DNA from: Marsupella aquatica
Taxonomy: Eukaryota > Plantae > Marchantiophyta
Length of the DNA stretch: 64,000 nt
NCBI GenBank assembly: GCA_973895155.1
Contig: OZ316894.1
Span: forward strand, 2,248,457 to 2,312,456
Direction: 5' to 3'
In this document: one piece after another, positions 11,980 through 23,006 of the stretch
Layout: the number at the start of each line of letters is the position of its first letter
Numbering within the stretch: the first letter of the stretch is position 1
Notes under the pieces: model-generated
Seen by the model: only the letters and a program-made list of their open reading frames with translations
Told to the model about the DNA's origin: nothing
Database searches by the model: none
Position numbers and translations under genes: made by a program

Positions 11980-14900
11980 TCATGGCACAGGCACACTGTT
12001 GGCATCTGCATCTTTGAATTCGCCTCCTTCAGCAAATGCATCTACCCTTGTCACAGGAATGAAGTCCCCGCTATCATGAACTACAGGCACTTGGTCTGAA
12101 CGCCGACGATCAAAGGCACTATGAGAGTGTAAATGAACTCAAGGTTTGATCCTTCCATCCGACGTTGCCTGGCCTGTTTATGACACACTACACGCCAACC
12201 TGGGGAGTCTTCCACATCCAGGAAGAAAGCTTGCTCCACCTGACTAGGAAACACAAATGGCTCAGACCATTCGGGCAATTTCCCTCTAAAATTGGCCAGC
12301 AAGAAACCGTCGTTGTCTCTCTTCATGGTAGCCCTGTTACCAAGCCAATCCTGCCGCACCCATGAACCTTTCATAAGAATCACAGGACTGGACACCGCCC
12401 CATAGTCCAGAGCCCATATGTCAACTAATTCTCCCACATATCCCATCTCCATCCAGGCCCTGTCGTGATTGTGGCTCTGTTGCTCAAATACAGTGATGAG
12501 CCCGCAGTCATTCGTCACCCTGTAGGCACTGTCACCATCCTTCACTCGGAAGTGATTCCCATATGCTCTCATCCGTTTGTAAGTCTTCACTTTCAGGCTA
12601 GGGGCATTAGACAGTAGGTAAACATCTGCATCCATGTCTGGGTGGGTCTCGTGATGCTCTCTAATTGCCACTCTGATCCACTCCATGAAACCTGGAAAAG
12701 TTGTTCCTGCAATGGGATGGGCCGCCTTCAATGACTCATACTCCCTGAACGAACAACCACACAACATTAGCTTGGGTAAACATGAACACGCTGAAGGAGA
12801 AAACCACACGAACACAATATTTAAGCTCATGAACTGGATTATAGCACATGTATGCACTCACTGTATCCAGGGTTCCATCACCACAGTGTTGTGCAATACA
12901 AAGTCATGTGCCAAGTCTCTCATAGATATGGTCAGGTTCTTTGTGGTTGCAGCCCCTTCCAGTACTTCACCTATCACCCCTTCCTCCTCATCAGAATTCC
13001 ACACCCTGGTCTTCACATGCTCATATTGTGCTATGTATTCGGTCAGAAATCCCAGAGTCTCATCCTTGATGTAACCTTTAGCCATGCTTGCTTCAGGTTT
13101 GTAATATGTTCTCACGTGACCTTTGAGTAGCTTCATGTACCGTTCCAAAGGGTACAACCAACGAGCACTCACAGGCCCAAATTGGTGTAGCTCTTCCACA
13201 ACATGGACAAGTAGGTGGGTCATGACATCAAAAAATGCGGGAGGAAAATAAATCTCCAGGTCACACAGCACCTGAGCGACATCTTCTGTCAGTTGTGGGA
13301 AGTGTGTTTCATCCCAAACCTTCACACAAATACGACGAAGCACATCACTGAGTCGCATGATCACAGTACGAACAGGCTTCTGCAACAGGCCCCTCAGACA
13401 TAAAGGCAACACCTGTTGCATCAACATATGGTAGTCATGGCTTTTCATACTACCAAGCTTTCTAGTCATGATATGCTTCTTGCAAGCACTGCCATAGTTT
13501 GAAGGAACCTTCAAAGAACTCAACCTTTGCACAAATAGTTCCCACTCTGTGTCTGTCAGAACATAGGGCGCTTGGTACTTCAAGAGCACATCAGCTCTGT
13601 GGGCATGTGGCCTCAACCAAAGATGGGGTTTCATTCCCCTCTGTTCAAGATCCAATCTCACTGAACCAGTGTCTTTCTCTCCACACAAGAATCTGAGTAG
13701 ACTCTCACAAATATTCTTTTCAATGTACATAACATCAATGTTATGTTTGCTTGGCTCAAACTCCTGCATCGTTGCAATGCAAAAGCGTCAGGAAATGCCT
13801 CAAGTTTAGTCTCTCTCTTCGAAATGAATGCACATGCTCTGAACCAAAACATGTATCCCAATTAGCATCAACTCCAAGAGGCTTACCCTCCAGTACTTGA
13901 GCTCCAAGTCCAATATGCTCAGTCTTTTTACACCATATCGCTTTATTGGATCACTCACTCCATCTTCCCTGCCCCCTCGTTTGATATAGTCATCCCTCAG
14001 TGCTCCCCACTGCCTGATCTCCTCTTTGGTCACTCGTGTCGGGGGTCCATGTTGCTCAATCTCATTGCCAAAGTGTGCAATCAGTGCCTGTCTTTCTCTG
14101 TAAGGGTGATCTGCCTTCAGAAAACGACGATGGCCCATGTATATCACTTTCTGCAGGGCTCTGGAGTACTCACTGGTGACATTACGCCCACAGATAGTAC
14201 AAGCACAATATCCTTTTGTTGTTTGGCCTGATATCATCCCATGGGCTGGGTAGTCAGCTATAGTCAGAATGACAATGGCTCTAAGGATGAATGGGTTTAA
14301 CCTCCCAAGCCTCTGTAGGACATCATATGTGAGAACTCCTTCCTCCCAAAGCTTTCTCAATTCCTCCACTAGGGGAGCCAGAAACACATCTATGTTGGCA
14401 GATACAGCACTGTCTGGCCCTGGTATCAGTAGGACCATCAGAACAAAAAATCGCTTTGTAGTCATCCAAGGAGGAAGGTTATAATTCAAAATAGTTACAG
14501 GCCAGCACGAAAATTTGTTGTTCTTGTCTCCAAATGGGTTTACCCCATCCAATGACAGCCCAAGTCTGACATTCCTCGGCTCAGCAGCAAATTCGGGATA
14601 CATCTCATCTATGAGTTTCCATTGCCTTGAATCTGCAGCATGTCGTTGTAGCCCATCATCACTTTTCTTGTCAGTTGCCCAAGTCATCATCTCCGAGATG
14701 GCACGGCTTCTGAACATCCGCTGAAGTCTGGGAATGAGTGGAAAATGACGAAGTACCTTGGCGGGAACCATAGACTTTCCTGAGTTCCGATACCTGTGCT
14801 TCCTACACTTAGGGCATGTCAACGATTCTTTATACTCCTTTCTGAAAAGAACATGCCCATCAGGACAGGCATGGATCGAATCATAGTTCAATCCAAGATT

Positions 14901-15710
14901 AGATATGCATCTTTTTGCCTCGTACATGTTCTTGGGCAAAATATTACCATCTGGTAGCACAGTTGTTCGCAAGAATGCCAACAACTCAGAAACCAAAACG
15001 TTGGGGACATTGTGGTTGCCGCAAATGTTCAGGAACATGATGACAAATCCCAGTTTAGAACATTTGCTACCGGGGTACAAAGACTTCCTGCCTTCCTGTA
15101 TTTGCAGGGGAGAGCCAAACATCCCATCATGCCCAGGGGTTTCCTGCCCTATCTCAAACTCATCAAGAGGCTCTTCGACAGGGGGCACACTTGCATCTGC
15201 AGCCGTATCCTCTTCGTTGTCCAGCCCATCATGAAATGCATCCAAGTCTTGGAAGATGTCTCTCACCATCTCTTCCACATGAATTCCTTCGTCACGTGGT
15301 GCTGCCTGAGCACCATCCCGTTGGAGAGCTGACAACCCACAGAGACCAGCTACAACATTTTCAAATGCACCAGGCAGAACCTCACTTGCCCGTCTTGCAG
15401 CATTGGCAGCATCAAATTCTAACCTCCACTCCTCGTCGGAAGAATCTTCCTCTACAGGATCATTCCAAACTCGATGTCGTGGATCTCTTCCATGAACCGC
15501 GATATGCCGCCAAACCTCATTCAAACCCCTGGTACGGGATCCTTGGCAGATTGCACAAGGACATCTCATCCTACTGGCTCCTGAAAGTCTGGTTCGTAAC
15601 CTTTCACGCTGCCAAAGCTTATTATCATGGCGTGATATCCTTGTGGGATGATGCAAAGGCAGTGCCTGTGCCCTGGGCTGGGTCTGGGGAGGGTGGTGAC
15701 CAGGGTGCAT
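11980..15710 (-). CDS. CACTA TnpD/Tnp2-type transposase, at least 3 exons, probable frameshift near 12135
   Basis: Motifs RCPC..C, IHACP.GH.LF...CPKC...RY, KVLRHFPLIPRLQRMF, EPRNVRLGLSLDGVNPF, YNLPPW, TIADYPAHG, HNIDVMYIEKN, MKSHDYH, FPPAFFDVMTHL, RWLYPLERYM, EPFVFPSQVEQAFF. GT-AG introns at about 13764-13885 and 12746-12860. Confidence 0.9.
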
Positions 15711-16143
15711 TGTAACAGGCTGGGAGCTCTGCAGTCATGGACAGCAGTGAACAAGGATGCCTAATGGTGGTATTTGTGTTCCATATATCCCTGACTGTAT
15801 CTGCCAAAAGAGTTAACATAACGTGTACTAAATTCTCACAAACCCTAAACCACCCCAAAAGAAAAAAACAGGTTCGCAAGTAGTGTACCTATTGTCAAGT
15901 GAATGACACAAAATTCCTAAATGTTGGAGGGTGTCACCACCTCCTCCGCTGTCCTCAAATGTACCGCCTCTGCATGTACGTTTACAGTGACACCCCCAGG
16001 CAGCAGGAAACAACAATCCGCCAACAGTAAAATAAGCCCAACTGCCACCAACCATAACAAGGTACATTAGTTCAAAGATCACATTTATTTCAATGATCTG
16101 ATTTATACAAAAAAACTTGTGTCCAAACTGATGCTACTACTCC

Positions 16144-17021
16144 TCACTCTGATTCAGAATCGCTAATGACCCATTCCTCACTTGTTGTCTCATAGTCCTC
16201 TCTATAAGGATCCTGACCCTTCCGTGGCCAGGCCTCAAAAAGATCATAGTCCATTGGGTTTTGACGCTTCCCAGCTGCTACTGATTCCACAAGCCAAGCA
16301 TATGAAACCACAAACACATTATGGGACATGACATAAAAGCGAATGTCTCCCTTCCCAAATTTGCGGCACGCTTTGGGATATGACTTAGTAATGACATGAG
16401 TGGTGTCCTCTGTTATATTCTCCTCCACTGTCCCACCTAGGTCAAGCACTGTGGACTTGTACACTTTGCACTTAACCTCTCCAATTCCCGCTTCCACAAA
16501 TACCATGCTCAGCCCTTTCAGAATTGGGGTTGGTTGCTTCGTCTCCTCAGCCAACATACTCTTCAGCCTTGTAGAGCTCTGTCCTTTGTTGAGTACAGGT
16601 CCATATTGGAGATCAGCAAGCCGTGCCTTTGCTTCCCAGACTTCTTGTCAGCCCAAGCTGATGCAGTAGCTTCTTCATCCTCCCACAACTCATATTGCTC
16701 AGTATCCTGTACAATCTTATGTGCTATGGAATCTGTGATCCAAGAGGCCTCAACTACTTTTAGGCCTTGCTTAGTAATTGCAGAATTCATATAGGACCAT
16801 GACCACTTCTTTATCACTGATAGCCATGTCCCTGCAACAACATGTGTAGTCTTTGGAGTGATGTCCTGAACTACAGTGCCATGGAGCTCAGAGAATCGTT
16901 TCTGTACAGTTGGCCAATGCACTTTGGTCAACCCATGCTGGCCATGGACCAAAATCACTCTGACCCCTGTAAACACTGCTGGGTGGTCACACTTTCTACG
17001 TTTCCCAGGCTCCATGTACAC
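16144..17021 (-). pseudogene. Twin-BRCT cargo gene (ORFs 16563-17021 and 16144-16557, joined by a frameshift near 16640); DNA polymerase lambda-like BRCT
   Basis: Both ORFs fit the BRCT pattern F/L.G....F/L...G.......G(T)V.......TTHV......W(I/L).(D/E)S...K.......Y.L. The second copy (LKGLSMVFVEAG...GGTVEE...THVI...KFGK...YAWLVESVAAGKR...YDL) resembles the plant Pol lambda BRCT as I recall it. Confidence 0.75.
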
Positions 17022-17607
17022 ACACCCTACGTGATGACAGTGAATTTTGGAAGAATGGGTTCACCTGACAATACAAGGACAACAAAATTCCTGCTTTTTG
17101 AGTTGATCTGGCCCACTGGTGCTCAGGTCTGATTTTGATAGGTACAAGGGATATGTGAACAATACGTACTAGGCACCTGCACGGATGCAGGACATTGTTT
17201 GAATATATACTACAAAATCCATATCCGTGGTGAAATGAAGTGCAACCAACTTGTCATGGCACATACATATTTTGTTGTAAAGAAGGATACATTCAATGAC
17301 AAACTTATAGGGCAATTTGATTAATTGCATGCCTGATAATTTATACGCTTACAACTTAGAAGTCCTGTTTTAATTTAGCAGTCTGATGAAAGTGTTTATG
17401 AAAATGACCACTCAGCCTAAATACTTCCAAGAAGGCTTGTAAGGATAAGTTTGTATAGGCATGTACCCAGCCACTGACGCCAGAGCACAAGATAAGTGCT
17501 GCCTATATAAACTCGCCTACCCAACTCCTTTTCAAAATTGGAATCTCTGCAATCTCAAAAAATAGTACATCCACATCAGGTGCACTGTGCATGTACAATG
17601 TTCAGCT

Positions 17608-18289
17608 TCACAGCCAAGATATGTGATCTCTCACAGGAGTGCGCGAGGTAGGATCAATGGCATGGCGATGACAATAAAATATCCATCGATCAACACCATG
17701 TGCAGAGTGATCATAGATTTCTCTGTCACAAGCATAACCCTCTGCTTGATGATCTTTCAGGCAATGATAGTGCCACATAGTGGGACACCTAGCACAGTGG
17801 ACTATGTCAGTCTAGTAGTCATCATCATGCTCACCACATGCCTTGCACCTATGAAGTGGGCAAGCTGTGGCATGAGCAGGCAAACACTCAAAACATAAAA
17901 AATCTCACACAAAAACGGTCTGGACATTTCCTAACATTTGCTGCAGCATCAATAGAGCCCTCATAGGACCCCAACTTCCCACACTGTGCACACTTAGCCT
18001 GCTTCTCCAAACAATCAGTGCACATCCAGTCTCCCTGGTGTGTTGACGGGAGGCCCACCCCTGGACAGTTGTTTTCTGCAGCAAGGTCAGACTCCGGGTT
18101 GAGGTGGAAATGCCTCATGCAAGGGCCCTCACAAATGACCAGGCCCCCACCATCGTCACAAATGGCACAACAATGAGCTGCCTTCTGGAAAATCTGACTT
18201 GCAGAGAAGTTAGTAGCATCTGCCCCAAGTACACCTGTGTTTCTCACCTCTGTCACACGCTTTTTGGCTTGAATTTTAGGCCGTGCCAT
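17608..18289 (-). pseudogene. EDM2-type extended PHD-finger cargo ORF with one frameshift (~17895) and one TAG (17812-17814)
   Basis: The ORF track gives CAICDDGGGLVICEGPCMRHFH...CTDC....CAQCGKLGS...C....C. Reading on in the shifted frame gives CPLHRCKAC...CARCPTMWHYHCL...IFYCHRHAIDPTSRTPVRDHISWL*. This follows the EDM2 PHD module (CPLHKC..C, CRRCP.SYH.KCL, IYC..H.ID....TPVRDH). Confidence 0.85.
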
Positions 18290-18300
18290 GCCTGCGCATG

Positions 18301-18444
18301 AGATAGACTCTACAATTTAGTAGACTACACAGAAAGTAAAATATATTTAGCATTTAAGGTACAAAGGCATTTAGATAGACTCTACAATTTAGCAGACTGC
18401 ACAGAAAGTAAAATATATTTAGCATTTAAGGTACAAAGGCATTT
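18301..18444 (+). repeat. Tandem duplication, 72 bp x2
   Basis: AGATAGACTCTACAATTTAG...GGTACAAAGGCATTT at 18301-18372 and 18373-18444, with 2 mismatches. Confidence 0.95.
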
Positions 18445-19058
18445 GCTACTGCAATGAATTGGAATGGCCACACAAGGATGCAGAGCACACATACTTTGGG
18501 TATGTTGAGCCCACACACAAAACTGATCCCCTAATACAATTTCTTCACCAACACCTCAATTTTAATTGTGGCTATGATTCACCAAAGGAGATCTGCAACA
18601 ACATTTCATGCATTTGAATCACATACAATAGTCGTGACATGTAAAACAAGCATTCTTCGAAGAGGATTGGTATGAAGCAGTGTCATAAGGGTTGAAATTT
18701 ATACATCCTAAATAGGTTATGATAGTGGCTGAGACAAATAAGTGAGGCATAAATCACATTTTGCATATTATCACATGGCCCATTAATTCATTCAACGTTG
18801 CAATGTTCACCAGGTTAAAGCAATATTAAAGTAGTCTTTCAATAGAGACTTTTAAGCGAGTTTGGTAGCCTCTTAAATTAGGATATTTTGCTTAGTGCAG
18901 GCATACTAGGATAAGTTATGTACTGTTGACCCTAAACCCTGGACCCAAAATTGCTCATACATCAAAATTTTAAGTAAATATCCTCTGTGTTGAAGGCAGA
19001 GTGTTAAGCTATAGGTCAATGGTATCTGGTCTATGCATGTGGTGTGACAAGTGGTCCT

Positions 19059-19508
19059 CTAGAGCATGTGATCCAAACATGTGTAGACACCAAAGCCACC
19101 AGTGGTGGGGTCTAGGAGGGCAGGACAAGTGACATCACCAGGCACACTGCAGGATGGCGAGTGGTTCCAGATGATACATTGTGCTCTGTGCAAAAATCGG
19201 CATCCAAGAGAACGGTCATCCAATTCTGGGCCAGAAGCCCTATAGGCAGGACAGTCATATTGGCAACTGTGCACACACCCTTGGCACCTAATTTGTGGCG
19301 GGTCATGTACAAGAGACACAAATACCAAGGATGTCGGGAAGGGTACTGAAGCAGGTACAGGCCGGCTGTAGTTGTTCCTGGAAACAACAGGGTACTCAAA
19401 GTACCATGCAGACTGGGCTGGAAGGATCCCAAGTCTGACATACTCAAGGCGCAACATCTCTGCCTTGCGTGCAAGCCGCACATGTTCAGCGTTGCGGGTC
19501 CTCACCAT
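19059..19508 (-). CDS. 149-aa Cys/His-rich cargo ORF, possible zinc finger
   Basis: Open ATG-started ORF containing CQGC..SC...C.....GCRFLHRAQC...C.....C.......TCLDH. It is co-oriented with the other cargo ORFs. Family not recognised. Confidence 0.4.
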   Translation of the reverse strand: MVRTRNAEHVRLARKAEMLRLEYVRLGILPAQSAWYFEYPVVSRNNYSRPVPASVPFPTSLVFVSLVHDPPQIRCQGCVHSCQYDCPAYRASGPELDDRSLGCRFLHRAQCIIWNHSPSCSVPGDVTCPALLDPTTGGFGVYTCLDHML

Positions 19509-20070
19509 TTAAGTGTTGCTTTCATTGTGACGTCCTCTATTCACGTCCTTTGATGAGCAAGGCGAGCAGGAGGTCGACTTGCCTCACCAACAACAACCAA
19601 CCTAAACTAATCAGTTCCCACTCACTGTCTTGGTTCCAACTACAGGTCATAGTATACACATAGCATGAAACGTGCATAGTACATATTTGATTCTGAGTTT
19701 ATGAGTTTCCTAAGACAAAGAGCTTGGTGATAAACCCATGTTCTCGACGGACATGTATATCAATCATATTAAAATCCTGTTTTTTCATCCAGAAGGACCA
19801 AAAGTCTCACCTTGCAGGTTGCAGCAGAGAGAAAATTCACTGGCTGTCGTGTTGTGCAAGTGAACCTCCACTGATGCCCCCGGTGTAGCCCCTCAGATGC
19901 AGGTGACACTTAGCAACTCCCAAGTTGCCTGGTCTAACAGAAAATGCTTATATCTTCAGAATTTTATAGAGCAAGTACATGATCACATGGCATTGGCCCT
20001 ACCAAACTGTACGTTCACCTGATTGAATGGAGAAGCATTGCTCATTGGGGTGAATACACTAGCAGTACTC

Positions 20071-20850
20071 GATGGCCCAGTTGAAGGCAAAAGAGACTAC
20101 AATATTTAGAAAGAGTCAACTCTACACTTGGTTCATACACATACTTCTAGAACTATTCATATTTGGCCTTATGGAACTCTTGCCAACTACAACTCCTACT
20201 ATGCACAAGCTCACATCAACAGAGAAAGGATACAGAATGCATACTTACTATGGCTCTAAGCACCTTCACTACCTTGTTGAACCCAGTCCTGAAGTCTTTT
20301 CAGCACGTTTGCTGTGCTGTCTCCTTTGGCACCCAACACCTTAGTCCTTGATGTAACAGAATGCGATTTTACAAGTTAGATGCCTTGGAACCTTCTATGG
20401 TCTTAGCTGAATTGATGTCACCGTAAGTGGTGAAAGACAAGGAATACAAAAGCTGGTTGAAGAGCTGTGGACAACACACTAGCAGGAAGTGCTTCAACCA
20501 ATCCACTGCCAAACGGAACTCTTACACAGTCATATTCTTTCAGTAAACAGAAACTCAGTCAAACTTCATAATCAAAGTACAAACTCTGTTCACAATAAGG
20601 ATCTTTCAAGAAAAGTCCCCACCACAAGGGGGTGGCAGAAAGCAGACAAGGCTTCAGGAAGATGGGAATGAAAAAAACTGCCTCCAAGCTCAATTCATCC
20701 ATGGCCCAGTTCAAGGCAAAATAGACTACAACATTCAAAAAGAGTCAACTCTACAATTGGTTCTCCAGATCAAAATGCAGCACACATACTTCTGGAACCA
20801 TTCAGATTCGGCCTTGCCATTTTGTTGCCTCCAAGCTCAATTCATCCATG
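20071..20850 (+). repeat. Dispersed direct repeats inside the CACTA element
   Basis: ATGGCCCAGTT(G/C)AAGGCAAAA.AGACTACAA.ATT...AAAGAGTCAACTCTACA.TTGGTTC at ~20072 and ~20701. GCCTCCAAGCTCAATTCATCCATG at ~20680 and ~20827. Confidence 0.75.
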
Positions 20851-21439
20851 TCCTACTTGAAGGCAAAACAGGCAAAAATAGAGCAAAGCCACTAACCAAG
20901 TAGTGTTTGACCATAGGGACAACAAATTGAAACAGAGAGAAGGCTGGCAGCCCAAGCCAATAGTCTTCCATAGGGGAGAGAGTACGATCAAGAAAGTGAA
21001 GAACATGTAGTTCTTACGCAAAAAACTCAGCAACAATAGACAAATTCACTAGCCAGAGGGAGTGAAAAGCAAATGAGTACCAAGCCAACCAACTAAGACT
21101 GACTATGAAATGCAAGTGACGTCATTACAACCAAAACAATACAACAAAGCACTTAGGCAACATTAATACAAAATTGTAGAGGAATTATATCATGCGATAG
21201 ATAGTACTCGGTTCTACCTGAGGTGTACAGTCATACTCCCCTCAGGTAGAATGTGTATGCAATTACATACACATGACGATCCCCAAGAAAGCAGACAACA
21301 GTTCCTAGCAGACAACAGTTCTTGCTACGTGTCTCAGGCTGATTTTTACTTTCCAGACTTGAGAGTTGTGAAGGTAGTCTTAGTAACTTTCCTCTGACTC
21401 AATTTGGGAGCATTTGACCTATCTGCTAGCTTGTAGTTA

Positions 21440-21575
21440 GCTTCATGATGTCTGTACACTTTGGTGTCCGAGCCGAGCACTGATTCTTCCTCTCCTCTAT
21501 TTTAGCTTCGTGATATCTGTACACGTTGGTGTCCAGGCTCTGATTCTGCCTCTCCTCTGTTTTTGCATCGTGATA
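21440..21575 (+). repeat. Degenerate tandem repeat, ~62 bp x2
   Basis: GCTTC(A/G)TGAT(G/A)TCTGTACAC.TTGGTGTCC...CTGATTCT.CCTCTCCTCT occurs twice. Confidence 0.75.
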
Positions 21576-23006
21576 GGCTTCGATCACAGTAGCGTATTGG
21601 AGCATGGAAATTTGAGGTCCATTTCAAGGCAGCGGGAATAAGTACATTGATCAACTGGAGACCAGAAGTGCGCATATGTGAATGTCATACCTTTCAGGTG
21701 GAAGTCGTAGGTAGCAGGTAGCAGGCGTGAACTTGCAAGCAGCAACTTGCGCTCTGTTGCCCCCTGTAGCTTACTAAAACAACACTCCACTGAGAAGCAA
21801 TGACAACGGATTGGAGCTCCTCCCCAATTAATATAGTCTCCAACCAATCACGTTCATGATCTGAGGTGAGACATGACATACAATAATCGCTAATGCAGAG
21901 ATCTAAGAATTGTCTCAATCCAAGGAACAGAACATCTCACGACATCATGGACATTTTACAGTAATAAAATGCAACACCCACCCTATGCATCTATAACATT
22001 GAGTACAAACATTCATGGATTGCAAAATTACTCTTCATGCGTCACCTTCAGGTCAAGTCGTAGCTCTAGCCGCAACTCATAGGTCGTAGCTCCAAGACGT
22101 AGCTGCAACCACGGCTCACAAGTCCAGCTCCCCTGTCAGCTCACATGAATAGCGCCTCCCTTCGCTGCACTCCATGCATCTGCTGCCAGTTGCAACACAA
22201 ACATTAAGCAGTCAATAAGCAGGGCCACTTTCATTGTACATAATGTCACATAAATCTTACCTGGACGGTTTGCATTGGAATCACTATCATAATCACCCCG
22301 GCCGTAGCCTTCACTGATCAATGTGAAGGGCGTGCACCTCAATGCCAGCATTCAGTGACCGCAGCTCAAACTCTAAACTCTCAGTGACCGCAGCTCAAAC
22401 AGCTCAACTCTCATTGACCGCACCTAAAACTCAATTTGCTGGAACTCAGCAAGTCAAAGTGACTGTAGCACGAGTAAGAACACCCTATACCTCACACACC
22501 CTATACCTCACTGTGCACTGGGGCTGTCACATTTTGCAAGTTATTGTAAACCATGGGATTAGTGAGGACCTCCGCGCACCCAGGTTGTAGCCTCTGTCTC
22601 ACTCAGCATCTGGCAGACTGGCAACCCATGGCAAAAACGCAGAGTAGCAATCGGCCGTAGCGATAGACGAGAGCAGCGATGACAACGATGAAAGATGGTG
22701 AATCCCAAAAGCTACTGACTCTCACCTTAAATTGCACAACTCCTGCCTTGTACCTTGGAGGTTGTGTACGAGCGCAACACAACCTCCAACTCCTCCCCAC
22801 TGACGGTCGCAGCTCCCGGTGAAGCTTCAAGCCTTAACGACAAATGGATACTTGGGAGCGCTTGCGATTAGTACATCAATCACTCTTGCCCGAGCATGTA
22901 ATGAAGAGCACAAATGTCCCCTTCGATCGGTCACTCACTGACTTGAGCTCACTGTCACTCAATGTGGACGATGTCAACAACATAAATTGTTAAGCTTCTC
23001 AGGACA

